Shown piece by piece: positions 52,220 through 64,000 of a DNA stretch of 64,000 nucleotides. The DNA is taken from positions 768,001-832,000 of the forward strand of contig OY970166.1 in the NCBI GenBank assembly GCA_963706595.1, read 5' to 3'. The notes below the pieces were generated by a model that searched no databases, was not told the origin of the DNA, and was given only the letters and a program-made list of their open reading frames with translations. The DNA is from an uncultured cyanobacterium (GTDB taxonomy: Bacteria; Cyanobacteriota; Cyanobacteriia; Cyanobacteriales; Nostocaceae). How positions within the stretch are numbered: the first letter of the stretch is position 1; every line of letters starts with the position of its first letter. The position numbers and the translations under genes were made by a program.

Positions 52220-52730
52220 CTACAACCCGAAAACCGATGAGGTCGTAGCTGTAGCCCGGCTCGTTCCTGTACCGAAAAGCAGATCGATAATAGCTCGGAT
52301 CGAAGCCCCAGGAACCACCGCACCGCGTAGCAGCAAAAATTGATTACCATTATTATTTTTTATACCCCATCTACTACCATTAGTAGGAGCATTTTTATAG
52401 TTTTTGTGCCAGAAATCGCCGCACCATTCCAAAACATTTCCGTGCATATCATACAACCCAAAAGCATTCGCTAGTTTAAAGCTACCAACTTGTGTTGTCT
52501 CTTCACGGGATTCTGCGTTGGGTGCAGAAGCATAAGTGTATCTGCAATTATAATTTACTAACTCTGGCCCCATAACAGGCTAAATCTAAATGCGCCTCAC
52601 CAAAGCGATTTGCAAAATATTCCAGCCGCTTATGTTTAAATTTATCCTGTTTTTGAGACTTAATCATCATCCTGATAAATATAAAAACTTTTTGAATACT
52701 CTGGCGAGGTTCAGATCCCCGACTTCTCAA
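52220..52730 (-). pseudogene. Formylglycine-generating-enzyme (FGE) domain protein relic
   Basis: [21 protein letters not shown], then frameshift; separate N-terminal piece [11 protein letters not shown]. Confidence 0.75.
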
Positions 52731-52782
52731 AGAAGTCGGGGATCTTTTTCTTTTTTTCGTTCACGATTACCTGATAATTATT

Positions 52783-53139
52783 TTATCCTTTGCCTGAACG
52801 AATAGCAGCCTTCAAACCAGAAGAATTGAGTTCAAACATTTGCACAAATTGCAGAATTTCCGCAGCAGTAGTATATTTCCAACGTTCCTGCGAGATAGGA
52901 TTAAGCCAAGCAATATGACGGACACAACGGGCAAACTTTTTAATAAACTCCTCCGTAAATTCAATTCTACTAGGACTTACGCCCCCACGAGCCGCCCCCC
53001 CATCACTAACAATTAACACCACAGTCCACTTACTATGCAATTTCGGCAATAAATCATCAATAGATTTTACTTGCGAACCCTGGGGATGTAAGTATAAATA
53101 ATCGCCAGGACAGTTAAGAAAGTAAATGATATTGGTCAA
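52783..53139 (-). pseudogene. vWA/CoxE-like protein C-terminal fragment
   Basis: VLIVSDGGAARG, AWLNP...RW..T.A. Confidence 0.7.
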
Positions 53140-53328
53140 TAGTCAGAGGTAAACCAGCTTCCTCTCGCATGACCATAAATAAATTAAATAAAAGGTAAGT
53201 CTTTGCTGAATAATGCCAATATTTTCACCACAAGAACTAGTAGGGGCGTAAAACATTTTCCCCTACACTGTGGTTTTTATTAAGTAAAATTCCTGACGCT
53301 ACAAGTGTTTACACAGACATAAAATAAC

Positions 53329-54423
53329 TCAAGATGGTTGGCTAGTTTTTTGCCAGACAGTAAAGCCCAACAAGAAAATAATACTAATGGCGGTAGAAAT
53401 TATCACCACAAAATTTACACCTTGTATTCTCATCGCCAGCAAATTAAAAACTAGAGTGATAGACCAAAGAGTGAACGCCGCATTTGGCTGGGAGAATCCC
53501 AAGTCCAACAAACGGTGGTGTATGTGGTCTTTACCTGGGGTACTGAGAGGGTTTTTTCCTGCCAATAACCTGCGGATAAACACTTGTGTAGTATCCATGA
53601 CTGGCAACAGCAGAAATAACACTGTCGGGCCAAGGGCAAAAATGGTATTTTGTTGCAGATTGCCTAAAATACTAGTTGCACCTAGCACATAACCAAAAAA
53701 GTATGCCCCCGCGTCACCCATGATAATCCGTGAGGGGTGGAAATTATGGCGCAAAAAGCCCAAGGCTCCACCCCCTAAAGCTGCTAGCACTAAAATAGCT
53801 GCGGCGCGATTGGGAAATTGGGCGGCAACCCCTAATAAACTCATCGCGGTGATAAAACTAACACCCCCCGCTAATCCATCCATCCCATCCATCAAGTTGA
53901 TCGCGTTAGTGATCCCCACTACCCAAAGTACCGTCACAGCCATGGAAAGCAGCGAGTCAATGGGCGTATTGAAACCAACCTGGATGCTGATGCCGTTGGC
54001 ATAAAGCAACAATGCCGTCACAATCTGCGCCCACAAGCGCACAGAGGGCGGTAAACCGAACTGATCATCAATAAAACCCACCAGCACTAGGATTGAACCT
54101 CCTAGTAGAATAGTTAACACTTGAGCCAAGACGTTTTGCAGGGCAATCGGTCGTAACAGGGTAGCTAGTACCATGGCGGCAATCACTCCCGCATAAATAG
54201 CTAAACCCCCGGCATTGGGCAAAGGCTGCTGGTTAAGTCGGCGAGCATTTGGTTGGTCAGCCCAACCTACCCGCAGGGCAAATTTGCGGACTGTGGGAAT
54301 CAAACGCCATGTTACCAGCCAAGCCAAAAGAAATGTAAATACTACTGCCAACCAGCCGGAGCCGCGAGGGTCGGCAATGCCGAGGGACTCAAGAAAATTG
54401 TATAGATTCATCCCCCAATTCAA
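53329..54423 (-). CDS. MraY/WecA-family polyprenyl-phosphate GlcNAc-1-phosphate transferase
   Basis: GFIDD, NAINLMDGMDGLA, IIMGDAG, HIHH. Confidence 0.92.
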   Translation of the reverse strand: MNWGMNLYNFLESLGIADPRGSGWLAVVFTFLLAWLVTWRLIPTVRKFALRVGWADQPNARRLNQQPLPNAGGLAIYAGVIAAMVLATLLRPIALQNVLAQVLTILLGGSILVLVGFIDDQFGLPPSVRLWAQIVTALLLYANGISIQVGFNTPIDSLLSMAVTVLWVVGITNAINLMDGMDGLAGGVSFITAMSLLGVAAQFPNRAAAILVLAALGGGALGFLRHNFHPSRIIMGDAGAYFFGYVLGATSILGNLQQNTIFALGPTVLFLLLPVMDTTQVFIRRLLAGKNPLSTPGKDHIHHRLLDLGFSQPNAAFTLWSITLVFNLLAMRIQGVNFVVIISTAISIIFLLGFTVWQKTSQPS

Positions 54424-54511
54424 GCATTACTGCCAGTGTCCTATATGAGTATCAACTGTAATATTAATCAATTTTTTTTATTTGCATTTATAATCTGAGC
54501 TACTTGGCTGA

Positions 54512-54538
54512 TTAGCACTCTGCTCTTGTGAGTGCTAA
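54512..54538. promoter_or_regulatory. CIRCE element (HrcA operator)
   Basis: TTAGCACTC-N9-GAGTGCTAA, exact. Confidence 0.97.
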
Positions 54539-54565
54539 ATTGTGTAATGGAACCGCTAGAGATAG

Positions 54566-56257
<1,692 letters not shown>

Positions 56258-56286
56258 TCTCTGTCACCTCATGTAAATATTTGGTT

Positions 56287-56321
56287 AGCAGTTTGTCTTT
56301 TTACGGCAAACTGTTTTTTTT
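56287..56321 (+). terminator. Rho-independent terminator of groEL
   Basis: agcagtttgtc-loop-ggcaaactgtt followed by a T-tract. Confidence 0.8.
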
Positions 56322-56355
56322 GCCCTTACCGAAGAAGCAGAGGAGAAGAGGAACG

Positions 56356-56500
56356 GGGGCAGGGTGCAGGGGGCAGGGGAGAAGAGGAATCGTTGTTAAG
56401 TAACCGGAAGTTTAAAGTAATTTCTTACTCCCCCTTGCTCCCTGCTCCCTGCTCCCCTGCCTCTTAACTCCCCCTTGCTCGCTGCTCCCTGCTCCCCTGC
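56356..56500. repeat. STRR-type (CCCTGCT)n inverted arrays
   Basis: gggggcaggg tract opposite ctccctgctcccctgc tracts. Confidence 0.75.
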
Positions 56501-56656
56501 CTCTTCTCCTCTGCTTCTTTTGACCAATTCCAAGGCAATGAAGTGATATGATCACCCTTTACTACTGATGTTATTTTTGACAAAACTAGGTGATCTATCA
56601 ATGACATCTTGATATTCAAACTGGTAAAATTTCTGACAAGTATTAAATCAAACTTT

Positions 56657-57793
56657 ATGGTAAAAAAACGTCGCCGTATACCCAAAGCCGTGAAAAAGTT
56701 CTATGAAAAGGAATTTTATCACCAACCAGGGACTCTGCCTGGGACTATCATCGTTGACGAAGATGCTCAAGCTCCCACAATTTTTTTGTTTGACTATAAC
56801 CAAAATAACTTTATTCGCAAACAAATAGAAATTCCTGAAGAATGTAGCACTTATCTAGATCAAGAATCTGTCTCTTGGGTAGATGTCCAAGGATTAGGAA
56901 ATCACGACATATTACAACGATTGGGTCAAGTTTTTGATTTACATCCTCTAGTTTTAGAAGATGTAGTCAATATGGGAGAACGTCCCAAAATAGAAGATTA
57001 TCAAGACCAATTACTCATCATTGCCCAGATGGTAGTTCCAATGGAAAAAGACTGTGGTTTTTACAGCGAACAAGTGAGTTTTGTTTTGGGGAAACATTAT
57101 CTGCTCACAGTGCAGGAAGAACCAGAACATGATTGCTTTGAAGGAGTGCGGTTACGAATTGATCGAGATAAAGGGATCATTCGCAAACAGGGGGCTGATT
57201 ATTTAGCTTATGCTCTATTAGATGCAATTATTGATGGCTTTTTTCCGGTTCTGGAAATGTACGGGGAGCGAATGGAAGAATTAGAGGAGGAAGTCATACT
57301 CAATCCTACCCGCAAAACATTACAACAAATTTATCAAGTTAGGCGAGAACTTCTGCAACTACGTCGTGCAATCTGGCCTCAGCGAAATGCCATTAATTCT
57401 TTAATTCGAGATGGCAGTAAACTCATAGGAGTGGAAGTGCAAATCTATCTGCGAGATTGTTACGACCATGCCGTACAAGTAATGGATATGGTGGAAAATT
57501 ACCGGGAACTAGCATCGGGATTAATGGATGTTTATTTGTCGTCAGTTAGTAACAAAATGAATGAAATCATGAAGCTACTAACGGTGATTTCTTCTATCTT
57601 TATTCCCTTAACTTTTGTGGCGGGGATATATGGAATGAATTTTAATACTGAAACATCTCCATACAATATGCCTGAACTGAATTGGTATTGGGGCTACCCG
57701 ATTTGCTTGGCAGTGATGGCGGCGATCGCTTTGAGTTTGCTATTCTTCTTCTGGCGACGAGGTTGGCTCCATAATTCTTCAACAATTAAGTAA
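56657..57793 (+). CDS. corA: Magnesium/cobalt transporter
   Basis: LHPLVLED, YLRDCYDH, GIYGMNF, MPEL. Confidence 0.96.
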   Translation: MVKKRRRIPKAVKKFYEKEFYHQPGTLPGTIIVDEDAQAPTIFLFDYNQNNFIRKQIEIPEECSTYLDQESVSWVDVQGLGNHDILQRLGQVFDLHPLVLEDVVNMGERPKIEDYQDQLLIIAQMVVPMEKDCGFYSEQVSFVLGKHYLLTVQEEPEHDCFEGVRLRIDRDKGIIRKQGADYLAYALLDAIIDGFFPVLEMYGERMEELEEEVILNPTRKTLQQIYQVRRELLQLRRAIWPQRNAINSLIRDGSKLIGVEVQIYLRDCYDHAVQVMDMVENYRELASGLMDVYLSSVSNKMNEIMKLLTVISSIFIPLTFVAGIYGMNFNTETSPYNMPELNWYWGYPICLAVMAAIALSLLFFFWRRGWLHNSSTIK

Positions 57794-57876
57794 GATGGGA
57801 AATAGCTAATGAGTCAATCGATTTGAGATTTTGGATTTTGGATTAAAATTATTACCGGGAGTTAATATTCAGATTT

Positions 57877-58578
57877 ATGGGGAGTAGTGACCAAAATTTA
57901 GTGATTTTGACCCTTTATATTATTGGCGTTTCCTACGTCTTTAACCGCATGGTCGAGTCCATCGACGATCAAGTTAAATTTGAATTTAAAAAAGCAGTCG
58001 TTGATGAACAACTCAAAGCACAAAATCTCCAAGATAAAATAGGGATTTCTTTTAAATTCAAATCCTCATATCCTGTAGATGATGTCAAGGAATTAGCGCT
58101 GAGTATCGATAATAAATCTGAGAATATTGCTATATATGTTGATTGGGATAATAGCTCTTTAGTTGTGGAACATAGCAAACAATCGCGCCGAGTTATTCGC
58201 AAATCACCAGATTTAACCCGTGACTTAGCTGTTCCCCAAAGTCCTAGTCTCATTGTTCCTCAGAAAACACTTTCGGAAACAGTCACAGCAGAAGATGTTT
58301 TTGTACGTGATAAAGATACCGGAACCTACTCGGCCACAAAACCCATAATTAACATTACTGGACTGAGCAAAGCTGGACCACCGCAAAAAAAGTTATATAA
58401 CGACTTTATACAAGAAAGAAAGGAGTTGGAATTTTCACTACAACTGGTGTTACGCATCTCTGAAGTCCGTGTAGGTCTAGCTCCAGGTGTGAATATCCCA
58501 CCAATGTGCATTATCAACTGTCCCTTCACTATTAGAAAATTACCCTGGACTTATGCTCTGCCTTGGAAAAAGAAGTAA
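57877..58578 (+). CDS. Hypothetical protein with N-terminal TM
   Basis: 233-aa ORF. Confidence 0.75.
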   Translation: MGSSDQNLVILTLYIIGVSYVFNRMVESIDDQVKFEFKKAVVDEQLKAQNLQDKIGISFKFKSSYPVDDVKELALSIDNKSENIAIYVDWDNSSLVVEHSKQSRRVIRKSPDLTRDLAVPQSPSLIVPQKTLSETVTAEDVFVRDKDTGTYSATKPIINITGLSKAGPPQKKLYNDFIQERKELEFSLQLVLRISEVRVGLAPGVNIPPMCIINCPFTIRKLPWTYALPWKKK

Positions 58579-58622
58579 TCCCAATCGGACATATCACACC
58601 ATCCCGGATTACACTGGACTTA

Positions 58623-59057
58623 GGGAGAGAGTAGGCGCAGGCGGTTGCAGGTCAGTCAGATTGACTGGTTTGAGGAAAGTCCGGGCTCCCGAAAGACCAA
58701 ACTTGCTGGATAACGCCCAGTGCGAGCGATCGTGAGGATAGTGCCACAGAAAGATACCGCCATTTTCAGTGAACAGTGAACAGTGAACAGTAAAAACCTG
58801 ATAACTGATAACTGATAACTGAGAATGGTAAGGGTGCAAAGGTGCGGTAAGAGCGCACCAGCACAACCGAGAGGTTGTGGCTCGGTAAACCCCGGTTGGG
58901 AGCAAGGCGATGGAGACTACGGTTGGTCTTTTACCAGTTTCCAAAAGTAGAGCCGCTAGAGGCGTTTGGTAACAAGCGTCCCAGATAGATAACTGCCCTC
59001 AATGGTGTTTTTAAACACTGGCGAGAACAGAACCCGGCTTATGTCCGACTCTCTCCC
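58623..59057 (+). ncRNA. rnpB: RNase P RNA, class A
   Basis: GAGGAAAGTCCGGGCT, AGTGCCACAGAAA, AAGGGTGCAAAGGTGCGGTAAGAGCGCACC, ACAGAACCCGGCTTA; P1 helix ends pair. Confidence 0.98.
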
Positions 59058-59130
59058 CCTTTTTTAACTGCTGAGTGCTGAGTGCTGACTCAAGAAAGTT
59101 TTGAAATCCCTTTCTCCCCTGCTCCCTTTC

Positions 59131-59200
59131 TCCCCTGCTCCCTGCTCCCTGCTCCCTGCTCCCTGCTCCCTGCTCCCTGCTCCCTGCTCCCTGCTCCCTG
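59131..59200. repeat. STRR (CCCTGCT)n
   Basis: About ten tandem heptamers. Confidence 0.9.
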
Positions 59201-59221
59201 CCCCCTTTTGCCCCATACTCC

Positions 59222-59944
59222 TTGATGACACTTGTTTATCCACGCCGTCAGCGACAGCTCGAAAGTTTAGTCAGAAAGTTAGGTCTACCACCAGGTTTAC
59301 CTATTAAGTGGGATCTGTTGGATTTGGCGCTGACTCATCCGACTGTTTCTGACTCGGCAAATTATGAACAATTGGAGTTTGTGGGTGATGCGGTGGTGCG
59401 ACTAGCGGCGGCCATAGTGTTGTGGGAAACATATCCTGATTGTCCAGTGGGGGATTTTGCCGCCATTCGTTCAGTTTTGGTAAGCGATCGCATCCTCGCT
59501 CAACTGGCTAGAGAATATGGTTTGGAGTTATACTTACTTGTCGCTGGTAGTGCTACAAGCGATAAAGTTGGTCAAGAATCACGCCTAGCAGATGCTTTTG
59601 AAGCTGTTCTGGGTGCGCTTTATCTCAGCACCAACAATTTAGAATTAATTCATCCTTGGCTAGATTTTAATTTTAAAAAGTTAGCAACGGAAATTCGCCT
59701 CGATCCCGCTAGACTTAACTACAAAGCCGCCCTGCAAGAATGGACACAGGCTGAATTTAAAGTTTTGCCTGAGTATCGCGTCACAGAAGTTAATCAAGCT
59801 AACCAAAATCAAGAACGGTTTGCGGCTGAGGTTTGGCTCTATGACAACAAATTAGGTGAAGGTAAAGGACGCTCAATCAAAGCAGCTGAACAAGCCGCAG
59901 CTAAAGTAGCTTTCTTAGCAATTCCTCAGCCCGAAAAACCCTAA
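59222..59944 (+). CDS. rnc: Ribonuclease III
   Basis: ALTHP, NYEQLEFVGDAV, ADAFEAVLGA, dsRBD KAALQE..KAAEQAAA. Confidence 0.96.
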   Translation: MMTLVYPRRQRQLESLVRKLGLPPGLPIKWDLLDLALTHPTVSDSANYEQLEFVGDAVVRLAAAIVLWETYPDCPVGDFAAIRSVLVSDRILAQLAREYGLELYLLVAGSATSDKVGQESRLADAFEAVLGALYLSTNNLELIHPWLDFNFKKLATEIRLDPARLNYKAALQEWTQAEFKVLPEYRVTEVNQANQNQERFAAEVWLYDNKLGEGKGRSIKAAEQAAAKVAFLAIPQPEKP

Positions 59945-60757
59945 ACCAAAAAATATGATTTAATGGAAAGTTTACTTAATTATAGCAAGCGTGATTATAC
60001 TGAATAATCTATATTAGATTAATATAACCAAAATTATTGTTTTTCCTACACTGCAACTATGCTAAGTGAATAAACGGAATTAGCAGCTAATGCAAAATTC
60101 GTGAGTTCAAGAAATAACAGAAATTTTACTTAATCGGCTTTATTAATAGTAACTTAACTGCTTTTTTGGGAAAATAAAAGCTAAATGTCTTGTCACTAAT
60201 GGATATTTATGGTTATACTGCACTTGTAACAATTTTACACGAATGGTAAGCAATTTATTCTGGCAAATACCATTAATTATGTAAAAACATGGCATGAAAT
60301 TTGTAGGAAGAAAGGAAAACTACACAAGCCAAAGAAGTATTTTAGAGGATGTTTGAATTCCTGTATTTGGAGAGAAACCATTGATGGGAAAGCATTAAAG
60401 AATCACCTCAACAGAGGGTTGTATTGCTTCGCCAATAAATTCTGATGTCAATAGTACAGTTAACTTTACTTGCAAAAGTAAATATAACAATGGGGTTTAA
60501 CTCTCAGTAAACTTAGTAGATAAACTTTAACTAATCGCTTAAAAGTCAGCTTTTGGGCTACTTTAAGCATTCCCTATCTACTAAACTTTACCTGAAAACC
60601 TTGAGGGTTGGGAAGTGTCAAAATAAGTTATTTTGGCACGTCATCAACTATCTGATTCGGCAACATATTTTTGACTTCATCCAGATGTTCAGCCAGTCCA
60701 TTTTTGTTAACTCACAATAAGTGTGTTTTCGTTCAAACAGGTTATTAGAGGAGCAAT

Positions 60758-61564
60758 TTGTTAATGAAAGTCAATTCACCAGCAGTAAAATTTGGTTTGA
60801 AAGTTGCAAGCAGTAGCTTTTTAGCCACAACTATTATTGGTTTCAGTAGCGCCAGTGCTTTTGCGGCTCAATTAATCTCAATCTCAGTTCAAAGTACTGT
60901 CGAATTATCAGGCACAATCGAGCTTCCTCGCATCAATCCCAATTTCAATAATAGAGTTACTCGTGTTGATACAGATAGCGAAGGGAAATATTACCGCAAT
61001 GGTGTTCTTGTGTACGATTCAAATCATGTAAAGGAGAAAGTAGATGAGAATGGTAATAAGAGTTACTATGTGGATTTTAAAGGTATTCCTTTTGTATCCT
61101 TAGATGGGGTTCTCACTTCACCAATTCTTTCTGGTGGTGAGTTGACACCTTATAATTATCAGGGTAATCCAGGTTTGCCAGGAGTAAAATTTCAAGGCGT
61201 AGTTCAGGACGAATTTGTTCTCGGCAAAGCCTTTTATCAGGGTATTCTCACTGACCCTACCACAGGTAAGCGGTATGAAGGTGAGTTTGAAATTAGTGGA
61301 TTTAGTCCGCGATATAGCAACACTAACGGTGGTAACTTTCCCACAGTTTTTGATTTCGAGTCTGATATTCCAGGAGATTCAACCATAAAAAAATTATCTT
61401 TAGATGATTTCTTGGTGAGTTTTAATGTCACAGTGGAAGGAAACGGCGTGGAAATTCTTTCAGAACCACCCAGCGATGTCACTTCTGTACCAGAACCTGC
61501 TACTGTTGGTGGTCTGTTTTTAGCCAGTATTATGGGTTTGTTCGTGAAACGTAAATCAGCCTGA
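60758..61564 (+). CDS. PEP-CTERM exported protein
   Basis: Signal peptide ..ASAFA; C-terminal VPEP, TM, KRK. Confidence 0.9.
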   Translation: MLMKVNSPAVKFGLKVASSSFLATTIIGFSSASAFAAQLISISVQSTVELSGTIELPRINPNFNNRVTRVDTDSEGKYYRNGVLVYDSNHVKEKVDENGNKSYYVDFKGIPFVSLDGVLTSPILSGGELTPYNYQGNPGLPGVKFQGVVQDEFVLGKAFYQGILTDPTTGKRYEGEFEISGFSPRYSNTNGGNFPTVFDFESDIPGDSTIKKLSLDDFLVSFNVTVEGNGVEILSEPPSDVTSVPEPATVGGLFLASIMGLFVKRKSA

Positions 61565-61744
61565 TTCCCCAGATATTAAGGAATTGCCAATAAATAAACC
61601 ACCCAGAAAAACCAGCCAATTGCCCGAAAGATGATAATTTTTGAGTGCTGGAAGGAAGTGATTACTCAAGATAACCACTTCCCTTATTTTTTTTATAACT
61701 CTCTGACCTTTAAACTATTATTTAAATAATTAATAATTAATATT

Positions 61745-62779
61745 ATGAACATCGCTGTTATTGGTGTGGGACGTTGGGGAGTACATTTACTGCGAAATTT
61801 TTTAGCACATCCTCAAGTGAGTGTGGTGGCTGTGGTAGACCCCCAACCAGAAAGGTTGGCAGCAGTAAAGCAACAGTTTAATTTAGATGAAAATATATGC
61901 TTGACTACTGAGTGGTCAGATTTACAGCAATTAGCGGGACTGACAGCAGTTGCGATCGCCACTCCAGCCACTACCCACTATACTTTAATTAAACAAGCGC
62001 TGAATCTGGGATACCATGTTTTAGCAGAAAAACCCTTAACTCTAGACCCAGTAGAATGTCTGGAACTTTGTCAACTGGCAGAACAACAGCATTTAATCCT
62101 GATGGTTGACCATACTTATTTATTTCATCCAGCTGTTGAACAAGGGCAAACTGTCGTTAAAGCAGGTACATTAGGTGACTTACGCTATGGCTATGCTACA
62201 CGTACCCATTTAGGGCCAGTCCGCCAAGATGTAGACGCTTTGTGGGACTTGGCTATTCATGATATTGCCATTTTTAACAACTGGCTGGGTGAGATACCTG
62301 TGAAAGTACAGGCTACGGGTACGGTGTGGTTACAGGGAGTAGAGAATGGAGAATTGAACCAATCTGTATCAGGGTTAGCAGATTTAGTCTGGGTAACGCT
62401 GACATACCCGGATGGCTTTCAGGTATATATTCACCTGTGTTGGGGAAATCCTGATAAACAGCGACGGTTGGCGGTTGTGGGTAGCCGTGGTTGCTTGGTT
62501 TTTGATGAAATGTCAACTTCATCGCCTTTAACTCTGTTACATGGTGAGTTTGAACGTCAGGGAAATCAGTTTTTACCTGTGAATCAAAAAACAGAGGTGC
62601 TGGAATTAAAAACAGGTGAACCATTGCAGCGAGTGTGCGATCGCTTTATTGTCAGTATGAGCCAAAATACTGTCCCAGACATTTCATCTGGTTGGGTAGG
62701 CACAGAATTAGTACAAATTCTCTCTGGTCTCACAGCATCTCTAAACCAAGGCGGACAGCCTATTATTTTAAACATCTAG
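61745..62779 (+). CDS. Gfo/Idh/MocA-family oxidoreductase
   Basis: IAVIGVGRWG, HVLAEKP, DLAIHD. Confidence 0.92.
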   Translation: MNIAVIGVGRWGVHLLRNFLAHPQVSVVAVVDPQPERLAAVKQQFNLDENICLTTEWSDLQQLAGLTAVAIATPATTHYTLIKQALNLGYHVLAEKPLTLDPVECLELCQLAEQQHLILMVDHTYLFHPAVEQGQTVVKAGTLGDLRYGYATRTHLGPVRQDVDALWDLAIHDIAIFNNWLGEIPVKVQATGTVWLQGVENGELNQSVSGLADLVWVTLTYPDGFQVYIHLCWGNPDKQRRLAVVGSRGCLVFDEMSTSSPLTLLHGEFERQGNQFLPVNQKTEVLELKTGEPLQRVCDRFIVSMSQNTVPDISSGWVGTELVQILSGLTASLNQGGQPIILNI

Positions 62780-63135
62780 GACTTACGCATAAATTAATCA
62801 TGGTATTTTGTCAACAAAATAGCTAATTTCCGGCTTTCAACAATGATTATCTTGATAGTAAATATATCCGTGTGGTAGGGGTTTAGCAATGCTAAACCCC
62901 TACGAAATATGTGCTTTTTAGTGTTATACATATTTGGTATTTATAGGACTTACGCATAATCTACGTTTTCTTGGCGTTCTTCTCCCAAGGGGAGACGCTA
63001 CGCGGTAAGCGTAGCTATGCCGAAGGCTTTAGGCGACTTGGCGGTATGCGCTTCGCGCACGCTACGCGAACGATAAATCAAGATTTTTGGCAATTGTTGC
63101 GTAAGTCCTGATTTATTGTCAATGCGTAAGTCCTA
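62777..63135. mobile_element. MITE nested inside a same-family MITE
   Basis: Outer TAGGACTTACGCA...TGCGTAAGTCCTA; inner copy 62944-63110. Confidence 0.8.
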
Positions 63136-63138
63136 ACA

Positions 63139-64000
63139 TCAACCGTTCCTGATTTCTCCCAATAGCTCACCTAATTGCAAAACTTTGTAACTATCCTCTA
63201 CAAGTGGTAGTTCGCAACTTTCAGGCTCTAGTTCTGGTTTTTGAGATCCATTCATCCCATGAGAATCATCCCCAGAAGCAATCCCGCGATTATGTAAATT
63301 TCCCTCTGTGGTGGAAACCGTTAATAAGGTGCTATCAATCATCCGCAATCTAATTTTCACGGTCGTGCCTTGGTTGATACCCGCACTTTCCAGAGTAATA
63401 CTACCTCCCATCAGTTCAATTAAGTTGCGGGAAATCGCTAGTCCTAGTCCAGTCCCTTCAACCTTGCGTGTTGCGCCGCCATCCAGCATGACAAAGGGGC
63501 GAAATAGTTTGTGCTGCTGAGTAGGTTCGATGCCTAAACCTGTATCTGTGACGCTCACAATCACCTGAGATTCTTTAGCAGTTGCTGTAGCAATTGTGAT
63601 GCTTCCCTCGTCAGTAAACTTAGTCGCATTACCAATGATATTAATTAAGACTTGCTTTAACTTGGCTGCGTCTGCTTCTACGGGAATCAAGTCAGTACCT
63701 AAATCGGTTTTTAACTGCAAGCCCTTTTTTTGAACATTTACTGATTGTAAATTAATCACTTCCAGCAGCACTTGTCGGAGGTCAATAGGTGCTGTAACTA
63801 CGGAAAGTTTACCTGCTTCTATTTTGGAAATATCCAGTAACTCATTGATAATTCCTAATAAGTGAATAGCTGTTTCGTCGGCACGTTTAAGAAACTCTAT
63901 TTCTTCTTCCCGATTATCGCACAAGCCATCGTGAACCACCCGCACACAGTTAATAATCACATTCAGAGGATTTCTCAATTCGTGGGAAGTTGTAGCCAAA
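63139..64000 (-). CDS. Sensor histidine kinase, C-terminal part (continues beyond window)
   Basis: SHELRNPL H-box, NATKFT, DTGLGI, GTGLGL. Confidence 0.95.
   Translation of the reverse strand, partial: LATTSHELRNPLNVIINCVRVVHDGLCDNREEEIEFLKRADETAIHLLGIINELLDISKIEAGKLSVVTAPIDLRQVLLEVINLQSVNVQKKGLQLKTDLGTDLIPVEADAAKLKQVLINIIGNATKFTDEGSITIATATAKESQVIVSVTDTGLGIEPTQQHKLFRPFVMLDGGATRKVEGTGLGLAISRNLIELMGGSITLESAGINQGTTVKIRLRMIDSTLLTVSTTEGNLHNRGIASGDDSHGMNGSQKPELEPESCELPLVEDSYKVLQLGELLGEIRNG

Noticed and set aside
58553..59307. ORFs 58553-58735, 58609-58944 and 59101-59307
   Set aside because: Shadows of rnpB and of the STRR array.
60225..60239. NtcA site TGTAACAATTTTACA
   Set aside because: Spacing is GTA-N7-TAC, not the canonical N8.

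Overview
Chromosomal window from a heterocyst-forming (Nostocales, possibly Nodularia-like) cyanobacterium. This assignment is inferred from abundant HIP1 GCGATCGC sites, heptamer STRR repeats including those inside rnpB, and gene content. It has four parts. (1) 1-7.9 kb: end of an exopolysaccharide glycosyltransferase cluster. (2) 8.4-22.2 kb: a reduced-phosphorus island, phnC-D-E, phnF (reverse strand), phnH-phnM', phnG-I-fosA-J-K-L-M, a transglutaminase-like ORF and a 2H-phosphoesterase. It lacks phnN and phnP. It carries unannotated relics of a phosphite dehydrogenase (ptxD) and of a PhnZ-type HD oxygenase, a pho box at phnC, and twin promoters with a shared palindromic operator at phnH and phnG. 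(3) 23.1-33.7 kb: an IS graveyard bounded by a 1178-bp inverted duplication (ISAs1 3' part plus IS1634-family left arm). It contains IS1634, IS630 and IS66 relics, an alpha-L-fucosidase, a broken hsdM, a Uma2 gene and an MNT gene whose HEPN partner is truncated. (4) 33.8-64 kb: mostly housekeeping genes (glcD, dnaG, por, trx, fabG, groEL with CIRCE, corA, rnpB, rnc), an IS607-type element with intact tnpB, and many MITE/REP/STRR repeats. All calls come from reading the sequence and recalled family motifs; no database searches were run.
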